Virus record (IMG/VR): IMGVR_UViG_3300028416_000004
Span: 62,001-126,000 of that record
Strand: one strand, 5' to 3'
DNA: 64,000 nt
A program made the position numbers and the translations under genes. The notes beneath the pieces are model-generated. The model searched no databases. It was given only the letters and a program-made list of their open reading frames with translations, and was not told where the DNA came from. Shown piece after piece: positions 30,563-40,554 of this stretch. Positions within the stretch are counted from its first letter, which is position 1. Every line of letters begins with the position of its first letter.

Positions 30563-33500
30563 TTCAAATTCAGTTGTTTCATAATGTTCTTTCAAAAAGT
30601 ATTGTAAAGAAGTTTGTCTTATATTTGGGTCTATATTATCTATACTTCTCTTAAACGCTTCTCTTTCGCCTATTAAAATTCCCATTTTTTTTGCTCTAGT
30701 AAGTCCTGTGTAAATAAGATTTCTATAAAGCATTATATAATGTTGGTTTAATATCGGAATTATTACTATCTTAAACTCACTACCTTGAGATTTGTGTATA
30801 GTTATAGCATATGCTAATTCTATTTCTATTATATTAGACCTTTCATATCGTACAAGTTTAGTTTTTTTAGAGTCACCATAATTAATAATCAAACTATAAT
30901 CTTTAGTATCAATTTTAGTTATATAACCAATATCACCATTAAAAACATTTAAATCATAATTGTTAGCTGTTTGTATAACCCTATCTCCTTCTCTAAAAGT
31001 TCTTTCTCCTATAGTTATTTCTTTTTTGTTTTCAGATTTTGGATTTACAGCAACTTGTACTCTCTTATTAATTTCTTTAGTTCCAACAGAACCTTTATTC
31101 ATAGGTGTTAATATTTGTATTTCATTATCTTTACCCATATATTTTTCTATGGTTTCACTATATAATTTAACTATCATATCAATAGCATTCAAGCCATATT
31201 TAAGTGTTGAATTTGGCTCATTTTGATATTCTAAATTCATAGATGAATCAATAAACATACAATCACTTCCATCTTTCCACATTTTAGGATTTGAAATTGG
31301 AGTTTCTACATTTGGAGTTTCACCTTTATTTATAGTATGTGCATAAGTAATAATTTTTGATTTTTCAGCTTGTCTAAAAACTTTTTTCAAACTAAACACC
31401 TTAACACATTGACTATTAATTAAATCTGATATTAAATTTCCTGGGCCAACAGATGGTAATTGGTCTTTATCTCCAACTAAAACAATTTGTGTATTTGGCG
31501 ATATAGCTCTAAAAAATGAAGAAGCTAACCTAATATCAATCATAGAGGATTCATCTAAAATAATAAAATCACATTCCAGCATATCTTTTTCAGATTTTCT
31601 AAAATTACCATTACCTGCATCCCATTTTAATAATCTATGTATTGTTTTTGATTCTGCACCTATAACTTCAGACATTCTTTGAGCTGCCCTTCCTGTTGGT
31701 GCTGCTAAAAGTACTTTTTTACCTAAAGATAAAAGTATATCATAAATAAACTTTACAGTAGTGGTATTATGAGTAACGACATAATTACCTAAAACAAATC
31801 TTTTATTTCCATCAATTTCAAAACCGTAATAATCTCCTTCTCCTTTATCTACCAACTTAAAACCAGAATGTAAATGATTTTTATTTTGATTATTCATTGC
31901 TTTTTTTCGCTTAATTTTAACAGGTACTCTTTGTAAATTTCCACTTATATTAATTCTATAAACTTTACAACTATAATAACTACCATCTTCTCTTTTCATT
32001 GTAGCAATCTTATCGGTTATAGATGTTTTAAAACCAAGACTAGAACTTAACTCAAATATATCATATGCTAATTTTTTATTTTTTTGAGTTATTTCATATA
32101 TACCACTACCAGTTAAATGACCATCCGAATCTATCAAACCTGCAAGTAAACTTAAACGATGCTCCCTGGAGTTAATTAGATGCTCATTAGGTATATGCTT
32201 ATTATTAAATACATTTTCTTTTTTTAATAATGAATATAAAGACTTTTTTCCACCTGTAACAATTAAACTAGAAGCTCTATTAAGATTTTCTCTTAATCTA
32301 AATTTATAACCATTGTTATCTGACCATTCTCTAGAATAATCTATTATTTCTTTATCTATATTTGTTATTATAAATGTTTTTGAGTTACTATGACCATCAC
32401 CTAACCACAAACCTAACAAATAGGGGTCTAAATAAGTTTTCTTTAAAGGATATTCAACTCCTACACTATACTGCATTAATCTATGTCTGTTTCTTTTACT
32501 AACTTTCAAATAATCCTTAATAGATATATCTACAACATCACCTTGAGAATATTTTTTACCATTAATTGTTATATCTCTCTCTTTAGTGTTATAAACAAGA
32601 GAAAGTATATGAGATTCATTACATCCCCAAATTTTTCCATCATTAGAAATTACATCATACATTCTCTCTTTACCTCTCGCTAAACTCAAAACTTTTCTTG
32701 GAGTAGAATCATCTCCCATTAACAAATCTCCTTCTTTAATGTTTTCCACCTTATTTTTAGTCCCATCAAACATCAAAACAGTTGTACCCTTCTTTAAACA
32801 TTTGCCAACGCCTGGACCTCCTGTTAAAATAGACAAACCATTAGAAACAACTCCTATAACTGAATCATATTGTTCTTCACTAAGTTTTATTTTAGAATTA
32901 GACAACATTTTATCTAACCTTTCTTTTAAATCACTTGTATTGTTAGCATATCTTTTCTTTGATAATCTAACCACCTTTTCTGCTACATACATTTCATCAT
33001 AATACAAATCTCTAGAATAAAACCTTTTTTGTTCTCTTATTTTATCTTTAGAGAAATTTATAGATACTATCTTCTCTTCTAATTCCTCTTTATTTAAAAT
33101 ATATTCTATTAATGTATTAACTTCAATTCCAATTAATTTCCTAACTCTTTCTTTTGTTTGTTTTTCAGTTAAATAACAGTGTCCATCAGATTGATTATTA
33201 GATAAAATATGATGTACAGCTGCAGTAACTCTTTCTTCACTTTTTTCATTGAAACCTAAACTCATAGCTAACTTATCAGCCATTGAAAATCCAAACCCAA
33301 CTATATCTGTAGCCAATCTATATGGATTATTTTTTAAAGTTGAAATAGAATCTATACCATACTCTTTGTAAATTTTAACAGCCGAAGAAGTGGCAACCAT
33401 ATGGTCTTGCAAGAAAATCATAATATTATTCATTTCCCTATTTTCTTTCCAACTCTCCTTAAGCACTTGTAATTTACTCCTATTTATTCCCTCTACTTCA

Positions 33501-33880
33501 ATTATTCTATCAATGTTATTCCTAAAAATATCTAAAGCTTCATCACCGAAATAATTAACTATCTTTTTAGCTGTAACAGGTCCTATCCCTGGAAAAAATC
33601 CTGAACTTAAATACTTAACAAGAGATTCTGTTGTTGCTGGAGGCATTTCTTGACAAGAGTTAGTATTAAATTGTTTTCCAAACCTAGCATGTTTAGACCA
33701 ATAACCTTCAAATTTCATTGTAACACCTTCAAATACTTTTGGTTGATTTATTGTTACGGTTATATTATCTTTAATGTCTTTATTATCAACAACTTCAACA
33801 CTCAAAACTCCATAACCATTAATTGGATTATGAAACTTAACTCTTCTTATAATCCCAACAAAGGAAGTTATATTATCCAT
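30545..33880 (-). CDS. recD2: RecD2-like SF1B helicase, intein-containing
   Basis: RecD2 N-terminus (GIGPVTA HhH, NPYRL), Walker A TGGPGVGK|T, APTGRAA, DESSM, VGDKDQLPSVG, YAITIHKSQGSEF and YTGLTRAK. Confidence 0.95.
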   Translation of the reverse strand: MDNITSFVGIIRRVKFHNPINGYGVLSVEVVDNKDIKDNITVTINQPKVFEGVTMKFEGYWSKHARFGKQFNTNSCQEMPPATTESLVKYLSSGFFPGIGPVTAKKIVNYFGDEALDIFRNNIDRIIEVEGINRSKLQVLKESWKENREMNNIMIFLQDHMVATSSAVKIYKEYGIDSISTLKNNPYRLATDIVGFGFSMADKLAMSLGFNEKSEERVTAAVHHILSNNQSDGHCYLTEKQTKERVRKLIGIEVNTLIEYILNKEELEEKIVSINFSKDKIREQKRFYSRDLYYDEMYVAEKVVRLSKKRYANNTSDLKERLDKMLSNSKIKLSEEQYDSVIGVVSNGLSILTGGPGVGKCLKKGTTVLMFDGTKNKVENIKEGDLLMGDDSTPRKVLSLARGKERMYDVISNDGKIWGCNESHILSLVYNTKERDITINGKKYSQGDVVDISIKDYLKVSKRNRHRLMQYSVGVEYPLKKTYLDPYLLGLWLGDGHSNSKTFIITNIDKEIIDYSREWSDNNGYKFRLRENLNRASSLIVTGGKKSLYSLLKKENVFNNKHIPNEHLINSREHRLSLLAGLIDSDGHLTGSGIYEITQKNKKLAYDIFELSSSLGFKTSITDKIATMKREDGSYYSCKVYRINISGNLQRVPVKIKRKKAMNNQNKNHLHSGFKLVDKGEGDYYGFEIDGNKRFVLGNYVVTHNTTTVKFIYDILLSLGKKVLLAAPTGRAAQRMSEVIGAESKTIHRLLKWDAGNGNFRKSEKDMLECDFIILDESSMIDIRLASSFFRAISPNTQIVLVGDKDQLPSVGPGNLISDLINSQCVKVFSLKKVFRQAEKSKIITYAHTINKGETPNVETPISNPKMWKDGSDCMFIDSSMNLEYQNEPNSTLKYGLNAIDMIVKLYSETIEKYMGKDNEIQILTPMNKGSVGTKEINKRVQVAVNPKSENKKEITIGERTFREGDRVIQTANNYDLNVFNGDIGYITKIDTKDYSLIINYGDSKKTKLVRYERSNIIEIELAYAITIHKSQGSEFKIVIIPILNQHYIMLYRNLIYTGLTRAKKMGILIGEREAFKRSIDNIDPNIRQTSLQYFLKEHYETTEFELEFLN
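31766..32800 (-). mobile_element. Intein (345 aa) with LAGLIDADG homing endonuclease, in RecD2 Walker A
   Basis: Begins CLKKGTTVLMFDG after GPGVGK and ends VVTHN before T(+1); block B CNESHIL; LLGLWLGDG and LLAGLIDSDG motifs. Confidence 0.95.
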
Positions 33881-33886
33881 TTTACA

Positions 33887-34996
33887 TTATTTTTTAAATT
33901 CAACATTTATTTCGTCTACCAAAAACATACCCATCATTTTCATCCCCAAAACTAAATCTTCCATCATTCCAGTCAAAAAAACTTTAACATTATCATCAGT
34001 ATTTATATCATACTCTTCATTTTCAATTATACTATTAATATCATCACAAAGACTTACAATTCCCTCAAATAAAATATTTACATTTAAATACCAAATAGAC
34101 TTACTCATAAGATACTGTAAAACATTAGAGTTAAAAGCACTTTTATTTTCTTCTAAAAAAACATAATCTTTTAATTTTATATAAGTTTCAGTAATATAAA
34201 GCCCATAACTCTTTGAAAGATATTCTTTATTTGATAAGTCAACATATAATTCATTTTTAGTTAAATCTTGAGAAAATATTAAACCAATTATAATATTATA
34301 ATATAAATACCTATCTTCAAAACTAAAATAATCATTCAATAAATTTATTATATCATGAAAATTATTTAAATCTGAATTTTTAAAAATTAATTTTGGTAAA
34401 GTCAAATATTTAACTTGACCATCTTTTTTTGTTTTATTTTTTTTATTTTTAGTTAAATAAACAATTTTATTTTCTTTGTTAGCATTCAGAAATCTTGTTT
34501 TTACATAATCCAACTCATTAACACCTTCTTTCAAATCATTAACATAAATAACTTTATCTGGTTTGTTTTCAAAAGAATAATTTATATAATCAAAATATTT
34601 TAAACTTTTAGAATTAAATTCTTCTTTAGAAACGCCATAAACAAAAGAAATAACTTCATTACAAACATTAATCTTTTTTAAAAATCTTGAATATAAGAAA
34701 ATAAAAAAATCATCCAAATCCAACTTTACACCCTTCTCTTTATTTAAGCCAATCAAATATTTATAAGTTTCCCTCTCATAGAAACAACCAGATAAATCAA
34801 AAGATTTTGGATATAAAATATCAGTCTTATTCTCACTAATTTCTTTAAATTTCATTCCAGAACTTTCAACCCATTTCTTAAGTCTATAAATTTCTGGATT
34901 TTTTGAAACATCTAAATTATGAGGAAAATATAAACTTAACTTATTATCTTTAAATTTATGTGATACATAATTATGTAAAATTTTTATTTCACTCAT
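33887..34996 (-). CDS. Hypothetical protein
   Basis: 369-aa ORF in operon with recD2; no motif recognised. Confidence 0.7.
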   Translation of the reverse strand: MSEIKILHNYVSHKFKDNKLSLYFPHNLDVSKNPEIYRLKKWVESSGMKFKEISENKTDILYPKSFDLSGCFYERETYKYLIGLNKEKGVKLDLDDFFIFLYSRFLKKINVCNEVISFVYGVSKEEFNSKSLKYFDYINYSFENKPDKVIYVNDLKEGVNELDYVKTRFLNANKENKIVYLTKNKKNKTKKDGQVKYLTLPKLIFKNSDLNNFHDIINLLNDYFSFEDRYLYYNIIIGLIFSQDLTKNELYVDLSNKEYLSKSYGLYITETYIKLKDYVFLEENKSAFNSNVLQYLMSKSIWYLNVNILFEGIVSLCDDINSIIENEEYDINTDDNVKVFLTGMMEDLVLGMKMMGMFLVDEINVEFKK

Positions 34997-35174
34997 ATAT
35001 AATCTTTTTTAAATATTCAAAAACATTTCGCAACTCCACTTCTCGGTCTATTTTACTATTCCTTTCTATTAACAACTCCTTTTTGTTAGGATTATTGTTA
35101 CAATAATTAAATATACCTTGTGAAGGTTTGAATCTTTTTGAAAAATCCCAAAAATCTTTTTTACTTTTTGACAC
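34989..35174 (-). CDS. Hypothetical protein
   Basis: 61-aa ORF overlapping both neighbours. Confidence 0.5.
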   Translation of the reverse strand: MSKSKKDFWDFSKRFKPSQGIFNYCNNNPNKKELLIERNSKIDREVELRNVFEYLKKIIYE

Positions 35175-35515
35175 TACTCTTTTATTAATTTAGAATTTTT
35201 AATACCTTCTTTTTTAAAAGATTTTTGTTTAACTCTTTTAAAATCTAAGCCTAAATCTTTAAAATACTCTTCCATTGTAGGTAAAGCTAGATTAAAGTAA
35301 TCGCAAATAGTCTCTTCATATTCTTTCAAATCTTCATCAGACAAGTCTTTTGAATCTATTTCATATCCAGATATATATTTAACTTGCTCTTTTTCTAAAT
35401 CTGAAAAAGAATTAAAAGATTCTTTTAGAAATTTTGGAGCTACAATATTTCTTACAGATTCTTCACCATCTTTTTTAACATAATCAAAAATTATTTTCTT
35501 TATGAATTCTGCCAT
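35174..35515 (-). CDS. WYL-like (Sm/SH3-fold) domain protein
   Basis: IIFDYVKKDGEESVRNIVAP...KSFKKEGI pattern typical of WYL-like phage proteins. Confidence 0.55.
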   Translation of the reverse strand: MAEFIKKIIFDYVKKDGEESVRNIVAPKFLKESFNSFSDLEKEQVKYISGYEIDSKDLSDEDLKEYEETICDYFNLALPTMEEYFKDLGLDFKRVKQKSFKKEGIKNSKLIKE

Positions 35516-35583
35516 TTTTTTAATTTTTTAATTATTATTTGCTATTTATTTATAACAACAAATATACGAAAAAAAATAATCAT

Positions 35584-36063
35584 ATGAAAGAAAATAAATT
35601 AATTTTAGGTTTTGAAAACACAAAAGAACTATTTAGTTCTATTCTTGGATTAAAAAATTCTTTCATAAATTTCCTATTAGCTATGATTACAGCCTCAACT
35701 TCATTTATTACTCAATACATTTGGGATGATGCATCAGCTGTATATTTTATGTTATTCTTAATTATTGTAGATGCTTCCACTGGAATATGGAAATCTATAA
35801 AATATAGAACTTTTAGTAGTAGTAAGTTACCTAGAGTTTTAGTTATCTCAATAATATATGTTTTAATGCTTGCTATTAGTTGGAACGCTGCAAAACACTC
35901 AACTTTATTCATTTGGTTACCTGGAATGGTTTATGGAGGTCTTATTGGAACTCCATTAGTGTCAATATACGAAAACTTTGCAGAATTGGGATATGTACCA
36001 AAAGGTTTATTGTATGATATTAAAGAAAAAATAAAACATTACTTCAACAAAAAGCAAAATTAA
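35584..36063 (+). CDS. Holin (phage holin 4-1-like)
   Basis: Several transmembrane segments, LIIVDASTGIWKS, S.KL and SIYENFAELG motifs; ATG at 35584 preferred; TATTTAT at 35543-35549. Confidence 0.78.
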   Translation: MKENKLILGFENTKELFSSILGLKNSFINFLLAMITASTSFITQYIWDDASAVYFMLFLIIVDASTGIWKSIKYRTFSSSKLPRVLVISIIYVLMLAISWNAAKHSTLFIWLPGMVYGGLIGTPLVSIYENFAELGYVPKGLLYDIKEKIKHYFNKKQN

Positions 36064-38333
36064 GATATTTTTCTAAATTGACAACCATCTTGAAACTTTA
36101 ACCAACCTTGTTCTTTTTTGAATTTAGTTATATATATACTTCCCTCTTCAATTAAATCACTTATTCTATCATAAGCATCAGCCCAAACGACCATCTTAAC
36201 CACAGAACCTCCATCACTCAACTCTAAAGACCAATATTTTTTACCTTTTATAGAATACTTTTCTTGAACACCCTTTATTACAAAATAATAGTATTTATTT
36301 GGATTCTCAAATTCCGTTACAGGTTCTATATTAAAATCATATTTATCCATAAAATCTTGCTTTAACTTAGATATCTTATTAAACAAATTCAAATCTAAAC
36401 TACAAACTTTTATAAAATCTTTATATTTAACCTCTTCAGGTGTTGGTTCATATTTATCTTTTAAGTTTTCTTCAATAATATCAAATCTATTTTGTCCAAA
36501 CAAATCCATTTGCATAGTATTACTTTTCATTTTATACTTACGAAATTCCATTAACTCTTCTCTTGAACTAGACCAATCATCAAAAACACCAGCATTTAAA
36601 CAAGCTTCAAAGTTAGCTTTATTAAATTTACTAAATTGATGCATAAAAAACTTATCTTTATCAATGTCAGATACCCCAATAGACTGAAGCTCTTCAAATG
36701 CTATCTCACCCATTCCATTAATGCTAGAAAAGCCCATAAGTATAGTGTTTTCGTCTAACATTCCCCATTCCCATTTAGATTTTCTGTTGGGGGGTAAAAT
36801 CTTTATACCTTTTGTAAAAGATGTCATAATAGCTGAAGATAACCAAGATTCATCATCTTTAGCGTGATTCAATAAAGCAGTATAAAACTCTGTAGGGTAA
36901 TATCTTTTCATATACAAAGTTTGCATCGCAACATAAGAATAACTTACTGAGTGACTTCTGTTGAACGAATATCCCAAATACTTAACTAACCACTCCTCTA
37001 TATCTTTAACTTCATTCTCTTCTAAACCTTTCGCTTTACAACCCTCTTTAAATTTATCCCAAAGTTTTAAATATTCTTTATAATTCTTATTTGAAGATTC
37101 ACTTTCTTCCAACTCTTCTCCAGATAATGTCTTTTTTATAACCTTAGAAGCTTTATCCATAACTTTTCTTAAATTATCACCTTCCCCTAAAGACATTCCA
37201 GCCAATTCATGAGCAATAAACATTAATTGCTCTTGAAAAATTAATACTCCATTTGTATTTCTTAATAAAGGCTCTAAAGATGGATGAACTAAATCAATAG
37301 ACTCTGGGCTTTTTTTATTCCTTATATACTCCTCATGAGCACCTACACCCATAGGGCCTGGTCTATATAATGCATTGGCAGCAACCATTTCTTCAAAGTT
37401 TTCTGTATGCATATTTTTTATAAGCTTAGACATTCCTTCGGATTCAAACTGAAATACTCCTTGATTATTACCACTTCTTAACTCTTCAAAAAGTTCAGGA
37501 TTATCTAAATCAACATATTTAACTTCTTCAGAAATATCTATACCTCTATTTTCTTTTACTAATTTAATGGATTGTTTTAAAACGTTTAAAGTAGTCAAAT
37601 TAAGTCTGTCTAACTTTAGTATTCCCAAGTCAGACAAATCTTTACCACTACCAGATTCTTGAAAACCAGATACAGTAACACCTTTTACTATATTTACTGG
37701 CATATATTCCCAAACTGGCCCTGGTGTAATAACTATACCAGCAGCATGTTTACCTAAATTTCTAACTTGACCTTGTAGAGTTAAAGTGGTATCTATAATT
37801 TTTTTATTTGATGGATTTTGTATCCAACTTTTGACTACTTCAGATGATTCTGGTGAATTTGGATGTTCTCTTAACCAATCTTTTAAGTCTCCTTCATATT
37901 TCATAAAAGATTTTGGCATTTCTTTAGTTACAGCAAAAACATTCGAATCAAAACCTGCATCTTGACCAAAAGCTTTAGCCACATCTTTAAGGCACCCTTT
38001 TTCGTTAAAAGTAGAAAATGTAATTACAGGAAAAACACACTCTTTTCCATATTTATTATAAAGAAACTCATCAGTTTTAACATCTGAACCAGTTTCGAAG
38101 TCTATATCAATATCAGGAGGAGAATTTCTAGCTGGATTTAAAAATCTCTCAAAATATAAATCAAACCTTAAAGGGTCAATTTTCGTAATATCAAGACACC
38201 ATGAAAGAAGACTTCCTGCTGCAGAATTGTGTACACCTATTCCCTCAATATTATAAGAATGTGTTTCTTCAACAGTTAAATCATGAACTTTACCTTTGTA
38301 ATTTTTAAATTTTCTACTTTTTAGTTTTGCCAT
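36060..38333 (-). CDS. dnaE: DNA polymerase III alpha, C-terminal part, with N-terminal split-intein IntC
   Basis: SAAGSLLSWCLDIT, FERFLNP.R..PPDIDIDF, GKHAAG, GVFQFES, ALYRPGPM, YSFNRSHS and a C-terminal OB fold. Confidence 0.95.
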   Translation of the reverse strand: MAKLKSRKFKNYKGKVHDLTVEETHSYNIEGIGVHNSAAGSLLSWCLDITKIDPLRFDLYFERFLNPARNSPPDIDIDFETGSDVKTDEFLYNKYGKECVFPVITFSTFNEKGCLKDVAKAFGQDAGFDSNVFAVTKEMPKSFMKYEGDLKDWLREHPNSPESSEVVKSWIQNPSNKKIIDTTLTLQGQVRNLGKHAAGIVITPGPVWEYMPVNIVKGVTVSGFQESGSGKDLSDLGILKLDRLNLTTLNVLKQSIKLVKENRGIDISEEVKYVDLDNPELFEELRSGNNQGVFQFESEGMSKLIKNMHTENFEEMVAANALYRPGPMGVGAHEEYIRNKKSPESIDLVHPSLEPLLRNTNGVLIFQEQLMFIAHELAGMSLGEGDNLRKVMDKASKVIKKTLSGEELEESESSNKNYKEYLKLWDKFKEGCKAKGLEENEVKDIEEWLVKYLGYSFNRSHSVSYSYVAMQTLYMKRYYPTEFYTALLNHAKDDESWLSSAIMTSFTKGIKILPPNRKSKWEWGMLDENTILMGFSSINGMGEIAFEELQSIGVSDIDKDKFFMHQFSKFNKANFEACLNAGVFDDWSSSREELMEFRKYKMKSNTMQMDLFGQNRFDIIEENLKDKYEPTPEEVKYKDFIKVCSLDLNLFNKISKLKQDFMDKYDFNIEPVTEFENPNKYYYFVIKGVQEKYSIKGKKYWSLELSDGGSVVKMVVWADAYDRISDLIEEGSIYITKFKKEQGWLKFQDGCQFRKIS
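38226..38333 (-). mobile_element. Split intein C-fragment (IntC, 36 aa)
   Basis: MAKLKSRKFKNYKGKVHDLTVEETHSYNIEGIGVHN followed by S(+1); blocks F and G present. Confidence 0.93.
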
Positions 38334-38454
38334 TATTATTTTCTTTATGTTCTTGTTTTGCTTTTCTATTTTATTAATTAATCAAAAATTTCACAAACTA
38401 AACATATTATATAAATCATAAACGAATAATTAATTAAAAGATTTTCTCATAATT

Positions 38455-40554
38455 CTAATATTTATTTATATCAACAATATCATCTTCTTCAGTTAAATTT
38501 TTAGCTTCCACCCACCCACGATTTTCAGTAAGAATTTCATGGTCAAGAGTACATTCTATCACTCTACCATCATCAAATTTAAGTTCAATAATCTCTTCTT
38601 GAATATCATACTCCAATGTATCAATAACTTTTCTTTCATCTCCGAATGCATCAATTACCTTATCTCCAATTTCAATTGTATCTATTGGAACATACATTCC
38701 ATCAGCCATTTTTACTCTACTTCCTGGCAAAAAACAACCCCTCCCAGGGCCAACTTCTATATCATTATCAGCACAAAATCTTATTAATTCCCAAACAACC
38801 AGAAAATAATCTAACATCTTCTTATCTCTGATGACATCCAATTCATAATCTAATCTCTTTCTATATTCTTCAATTTTCTTTTCATCTATTTTTATTGGAC
38901 CTTTCTTTTGATATAAACTAAGTTTTTGGTTTAATTTGGCATGCGAAAGTCTTCTAATTATCTCTTCAGTATCTTTTGTTTTAAAAAATTCAAAAACATC
39001 GTTAGTAGGTTTATATTGAGGATATTTTTCTACATTAGTTTCAAAATCAAAATTACATAAAGAAGATATTTTTTCACTATTAATCATACATATTCTAACA
39101 AAATCTTCTTCATAATCATATGCAAAGGATTCATTCATTTCGAATATATCAGATTCTGAAGGATAATACATATCTCCATTTTCTTTTGTTCTAGCTTTTT
39201 TGATAGGTCTTTTTTGATTAATTGATATCAATACATCTTGAAGAACTTTTTCATTCTTTTTAGGAAAGTAAACATCGTTTGAAACAATAATAGCCATATT
39301 ATACTTGTTAGACATATTTATAATAAATTTATTATATTGTCTTTGTATCTCATTGTCTTCTAGAGATATTTCGGCTATATAATTTCTTCTTCCGAAAAGG
39401 TTAAGCATTTTAACTAAATATTCTTCAGCTTGTCTGTATTTACCCATTTGTAAATATTTAGATATAGTACCATGTTTTGAACTGGTAGTTAATATCAAAC
39501 CTTCTTTTCCTTCTAAAATCCACTTAGTTTTTATTCTTGGAACTCTATAAAAACCTTCAGCAAATGAAAGATAATTGATTTTATTTATATTAACATATCC
39601 TTCATCATTTAAAACTATTATTTTTTGCAAAACATTAATATCTTGCTCTTTTGGTTCATATTGACCACCTATACTATCATTTAAAAAGAATTCACAACCA
39701 ATTATAGGTTTAATATCTTTTGATTTACATTTTTGATAAAACGAAAAAGCACTAGATAAACTACCTTTATCAGTTAAAACTAAAGTTTTATGATTATACT
39801 CTTTAGCCATACTTATATAATCACTTGTGGAGCCAGCACCTTCTAAAACAGAATGATAAGTATGTAAGCCGAAATTAACCATTGAATGGTCTATTGGAAC
39901 AGAGCCATTTTTTTGCTTCCATTTATTTATAATTTCTAATTCTGAACTTTTTGAGTCTAAAAATTCTAAAACATCTTCTCCAAACCCTAATGCACCAACT
40001 CTTCTTAACTCAAAAAAACATTTAGCTAAAGCTTCAACGTCAATTAAAGCATCGTGGGCATCTTCAAATGTTTTATTAAAAAGTATTTTATGGAGTTCTG
40101 TTAAAGTTGGTGGTTTTAAACCGTTTTTGCCTTGTATTCTACAAAAGTTTACTGTTGAATTCATAGTACATATATGAGTAATGTCTCTCATATAATTTTT
40201 CATGTTCAACCTATAAAATTCACATGCAGTTACCTTGTTATCGAAACTAATATTATGAGCTACTAAAAATTTTGATTTCTCTATATCTTTAATAAACTCA
40301 TTTAAAGCTTGTTCTAAAGGTACACCTTCAAAGTTGGCTCTTTCATTAGTTATTCTATGAATCCTAATACTTTCTTCAGGTATTATAAATTTATCTGGCT
40401 TTATGATTCTGTTATTTGAACCAATCTCCACACCATTAATATCGTAAACCTTCCATGCTAACTGAACTATTCTTGGCCAATTATTAACATCGGTTATGGG
40501 AGCACTGAAATCTTCTGGCAACCCTGTTGTTTCTGTATCAAATATTATAAACAT
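38455..40554 (-). CDS. dnaE: DNA polymerase III alpha, N-terminal part (DnaQ-like exonuclease + PHP), with C-terminal split-intein IntN
   Basis: FDTETTG, VAHNISFD and AHDALID DEDDh motifs; PHP motifs HTYHS, LTDKG, KPIIGCE; YFLVVWE...GPGRG; start 40554 preferred because TATATTTG overlaps the ATG at 40563. Confidence 0.95.
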   Translation of the reverse strand: MFIIFDTETTGLPEDFSAPITDVNNWPRIVQLAWKVYDINGVEIGSNNRIIKPDKFIIPEESIRIHRITNERANFEGVPLEQALNEFIKDIEKSKFLVAHNISFDNKVTACEFYRLNMKNYMRDITHICTMNSTVNFCRIQGKNGLKPPTLTELHKILFNKTFEDAHDALIDVEALAKCFFELRRVGALGFGEDVLEFLDSKSSELEIINKWKQKNGSVPIDHSMVNFGLHTYHSVLEGAGSTSDYISMAKEYNHKTLVLTDKGSLSSAFSFYQKCKSKDIKPIIGCEFFLNDSIGGQYEPKEQDINVLQKIIVLNDEGYVNINKINYLSFAEGFYRVPRIKTKWILEGKEGLILTTSSKHGTISKYLQMGKYRQAEEYLVKMLNLFGRRNYIAEISLEDNEIQRQYNKFIINMSNKYNMAIIVSNDVYFPKKNEKVLQDVLISINQKRPIKKARTKENGDMYYPSESDIFEMNESFAYDYEEDFVRICMINSEKISSLCNFDFETNVEKYPQYKPTNDVFEFFKTKDTEEIIRRLSHAKLNQKLSLYQKKGPIKIDEKKIEEYRKRLDYELDVIRDKKMLDYFLVVWELIRFCADNDIEVGPGRGCFLPGSRVKMADGMYVPIDTIEIGDKVIDAFGDERKVIDTLEYDIQEEIIELKFDDGRVIECTLDHEILTENRGWVEAKNLTEEDDIVDINKY
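38458..38736 (-). mobile_element. Split intein N-fragment (IntN, 93 aa)
   Basis: CFLPGSRVKMADG (block A) ... ECTLDHEILT (block B) ... GWVEAKNL, then stop. Confidence 0.93.

Noticed and set aside
38334-38457. Stop-codon reassignment (TAG read-through) or an intron joining the dnaE halves
   Set aside because: TAG is followed six codons later by an in-frame TAA, the halves are out of frame, long ORFs are intact under the standard code, and 121 bp of AT-rich DNA is too short for a self-splicing intron
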